This document shows, piece after piece, positions 5,306 to 6,588 of a DNA stretch of 6,588 bases. The notes beneath the pieces were generated by a model. The model saw only the letters and a list, made by a program, of their open reading frames with translations, was not told the DNA's origin and ran no database searches. Each line of letters opens with the position of its first letter. Position 1 is the stretch's first letter. Where the stretch lies: positions 1-6,588 of the IMG/VR virus record IMGVR_UViG_3300045988_079189. One strand, 5' to 3'. A program made the translations under genes and the position numbers. This DNA comes from a virus.

Positions 5306-6588
5306 CTTCAGAAAATATTAGTTTATCATTAATACGTTTATTTTTTGAACGAACAAGAGAAACACGAGTGATGTGACGATAAAATCGCCTATAATACTCA
5401 GTTTTTAAAAAATCATTTTCAAAATCAGCATCAGTATTGTTATAAAAAAAGTCCAAATCTTCAGGAGCTGAAAAGTCACTTTCAAAATAAAGCTGCTGAG
5501 ACTCAATCCAATCACGAAGGTGAACATAATCAACCCAGGACCAAAACTGGACAACTCTGTTATAAAAAGTAGACAAGTTAACGCCAAGAATACGAGCATT
5601 AGAGCAAAACCTTTTCGAAATAGACAACATACGATAAAGCCTAAGAACATAGCGATAATACATCTCATCGTTGGAAAAATCAAATGATTTAGGAAAATCC
5701 TTAGCATTAACAGCATAAGTAGACAAGAAAGATAGATAGTTTCTCTGAAATGGAGAATATCCAGTCTTTCCAAGGTACACACAATCAATAACATCCTCAA
5801 CAACAGATTTAGATAAATCCATCATATTAAGGTCGTTACCATACATAGAATCAGACGTTAACACGTCATAGAGTCTCGGGACTTGAGGGAAAAAGTAGAT
5901 AACTGGTATACAGAGGGAAAAATCCCTTTTGTTAGAGACAGGGTTAAACCCAAGACATTTTGGGTATAAGTAATTGACAATTGAAAAGGGTGTAGGTCTT
6001 TCTCGAGATTTAGTATCACCGATTCTGACATAACTAACAAGTTCTCTAGGGTCTCGTAACAAAGCTTGTTTAAGGTCGGGGATAAAATATCGGCGGCCGA
6101 GGAATCGGCTGTGTCGGGACTTGAGGGAAAAAGTAGATAACTGGTATACAGAGGGAAGAGACATAGGGCTAGTAATGTATCCCGCAACATACTGAGAGCA
6201 GTCACTGGCTCCGACTGATTCACAATCGACACGACCGAATTTCCAAGCTTCACGGACAGCGAATTCGAAATATGAAAGCCGATGACCGGATGTGACTGGA
6301 GGGTCTTTTCTAAGTGGCCAAGTCCACTGAGGGTAATCTCCAAGGGTATGTCCGGAGTATGGCTCAAATTCTTCACTATCGACGAAAAATAAGAAATGGT
6401 AATGAATTCTGTAGGTTTCGGGTCCGTATTCAGGAGCACAGAAAAATCTAAGCTTCGAGGCTGAAATACAATCTGACGCTTTGATTTCTTCTTCCTTTTC
6501 AGGAATTTTCCCAGCTTTGAGATTTGACAAGCGCCAGCGCAATCTTTTAAGGAAAAGTTGAATGTCTTCATAACGCGGATAAGATAAA
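5298..6588 (-). CDS. VP4: Replication initiation protein VP4, residues ~121-549 as seen in this window. The true N-terminus is at 414->1 across the circular junction.
   Basis: It contains the HUH motif RIHYHFLFF (codons at 6384-6404) and the catalytic-tyrosine motif SQYVAGYI (6174-6191), followed by FSLKSRHSRFLGRRYF. This matches the microvirus VP4/phiX174 gpA-type RCR initiator. The track start at 6542 is an internal TTG (Leu). The frame stays open to 6588 and continues into 1-414. No Walker-type NTPase motif is visible. Confidence 0.9.
   Translation of the reverse strand, partial: LSYPRYEDIQLFLKRLRWRLSNLKAGKIPEKEEEIKASDCISASKLRFFCAPEYGPETYRIHYHFLFFVDSEEFEPYSGHTLGDYPQWTWPLRKDPPVTSGHRLSYFEFAVREAWKFGRVDCESVGASDCSQYVAGYITSPMSLPSVYQLSTFSLKSRHSRFLGRRYFIPDLKQALLRDPRELVSYVRIGDTKSRERPTPFSIVNYLYPKCLGFNPVSNKRDFSLCIPVIYFFPQVPRLYDVLTSDSMYGNDLNMMDLSKSVVEDVIDCVYLGKTGYSPFQRNYLSFLSTYAVNAKDFPKSFDFSNDEMYYRYVLRLYRMLSISKRFCSNARILGVNLSTFYNRVVQFWSWVDYVHLRDWIESQQLYFESDFSAPEDLDFFYNNTDADFENDFLKTEYYRRFYRHITRVSLVRSKNKRINDKLIFSEDG
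5876..5919. repeat. Copy 1 of an exact 44-nt direct repeat inside rep.
   Basis: tcgggacttgagggaaaaagtagataactggtatacagagggaa is identical to 6114-6157, and the flanks are unrelated. Rep reads it here as SLCIPVIYFFPQVPR. It contains two gagggaa sub-repeats (5885-5891, 5913-5919) flanking a GTATAC palindrome. Confidence 0.95.
6114..6157. repeat. Copy 2 of the exact 44-nt direct repeat inside rep.
   Basis: Identical to 5876-5919 with a 238-nt offset, which is not a multiple of 3. Rep reads it here as PSVYQLSTFSLKSR, about 17 nt downstream of the catalytic Tyr motif codons. Confidence 0.95.
6534..6588. repeat. Second copy of the 55-nt terminal redundancy (identical to 1-55).
   Basis: Exact identity to 1-55. 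A 55-nt overlap is what a de Bruijn assembler with k=55 would leave on a circular contig (inference). Confidence 0.95.

Noticed and set aside
1002-5862. Recurrence of GTTAAC/CGTTAAC at 1002-1008, 1033-1039, 1696-1702, 5577-5583 and 5856-5862.
   Set aside because: Five hits against roughly one or two expected is only a mild excess. Two of them are the two arms of the same hairpin, and the motif is AT-rich in an AT-rich genome. This is not enough to call a binding site or methylation/restriction signature without a proper k-mer enrichment test.
5880-5905. Resemblance of the repeat core (gACTTGAgggaaaaagtagATAAC) to the phiX174 origin (CAACTTGATATTAATAAC...).
   Set aside because: Only the hexamer ACTTGA and ATAAC match, with different spacing. 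The match is on the window plus strand, the complement of the coding/packaged strand where a microvirus viral-strand origin should lie. I treat it as coincidence unless nicking assays say otherwise.
1-6588. Search for tRNA genes, CRISPR repeats, integrase/recombinase, toxin-antitoxin or defence genes, and peptidoglycan hydrolases.
   Set aside because: There are no regularly spaced repeats and no cloverleaf-like segments with T-loop consensus. No ORF remains unassigned that is large enough for an integrase or an enzyme. The genome is fully accounted for by microvirus core genes, small ORFs and one structured intergenic region.

Overview
The window is one complete, circularly permuted genome of a Microviridae-type ssDNA phage. 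Bases 1-55 repeat exactly at 6534-6588, giving a unit length of 6533 nt. All convincing genes lie on the minus strand, so the window shows the complement of the coding (packaged) strand. In transcription direction the order is: a 56-aa lipoprotein-like ORF missing from the ORF track (581->411); replication initiator VP4 (414->1, continuing 6533->5298, 549 aa once joined); major capsid VP1 (5305->3503); a scaffold-like ORF (3491->2991); pilot/minor capsid VP2 (2991->1942); three small unknown ORFs (1945->1232); then about 650 nt of hairpin-rich, mostly non-coding DNA (1231->582). Most gene junctions overlap (ATGA, TAATG) or are nearly contiguous. The 6.5-kb size, long Rep, near-absence of Shine-Dalgarno sequences and a Bacteroidetes-style lipoprotein signal suggest a gokusho/alpavirus-like lineage on a Bacteroidota host; this is inference only. 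I see no tRNA, CRISPR array, integrase or recognisable lysis enzyme. Five items deserve follow-up: (1) the small lipoprotein gene translationally coupled to rep; (2) an exact 44-nt direct repeat present twice inside rep and read in two different frames; (3) an unusually long open +1 frame inside rep; (4) an 86-nt near-perfect hairpin in the intergenic region, possibly a complementary-strand origin or a folded XerCD-type attachment site; (5) a visibly G+C-richer patch carrying a terminator-like hairpin. Product calls rest on motif recognition by eye, not on database searches.
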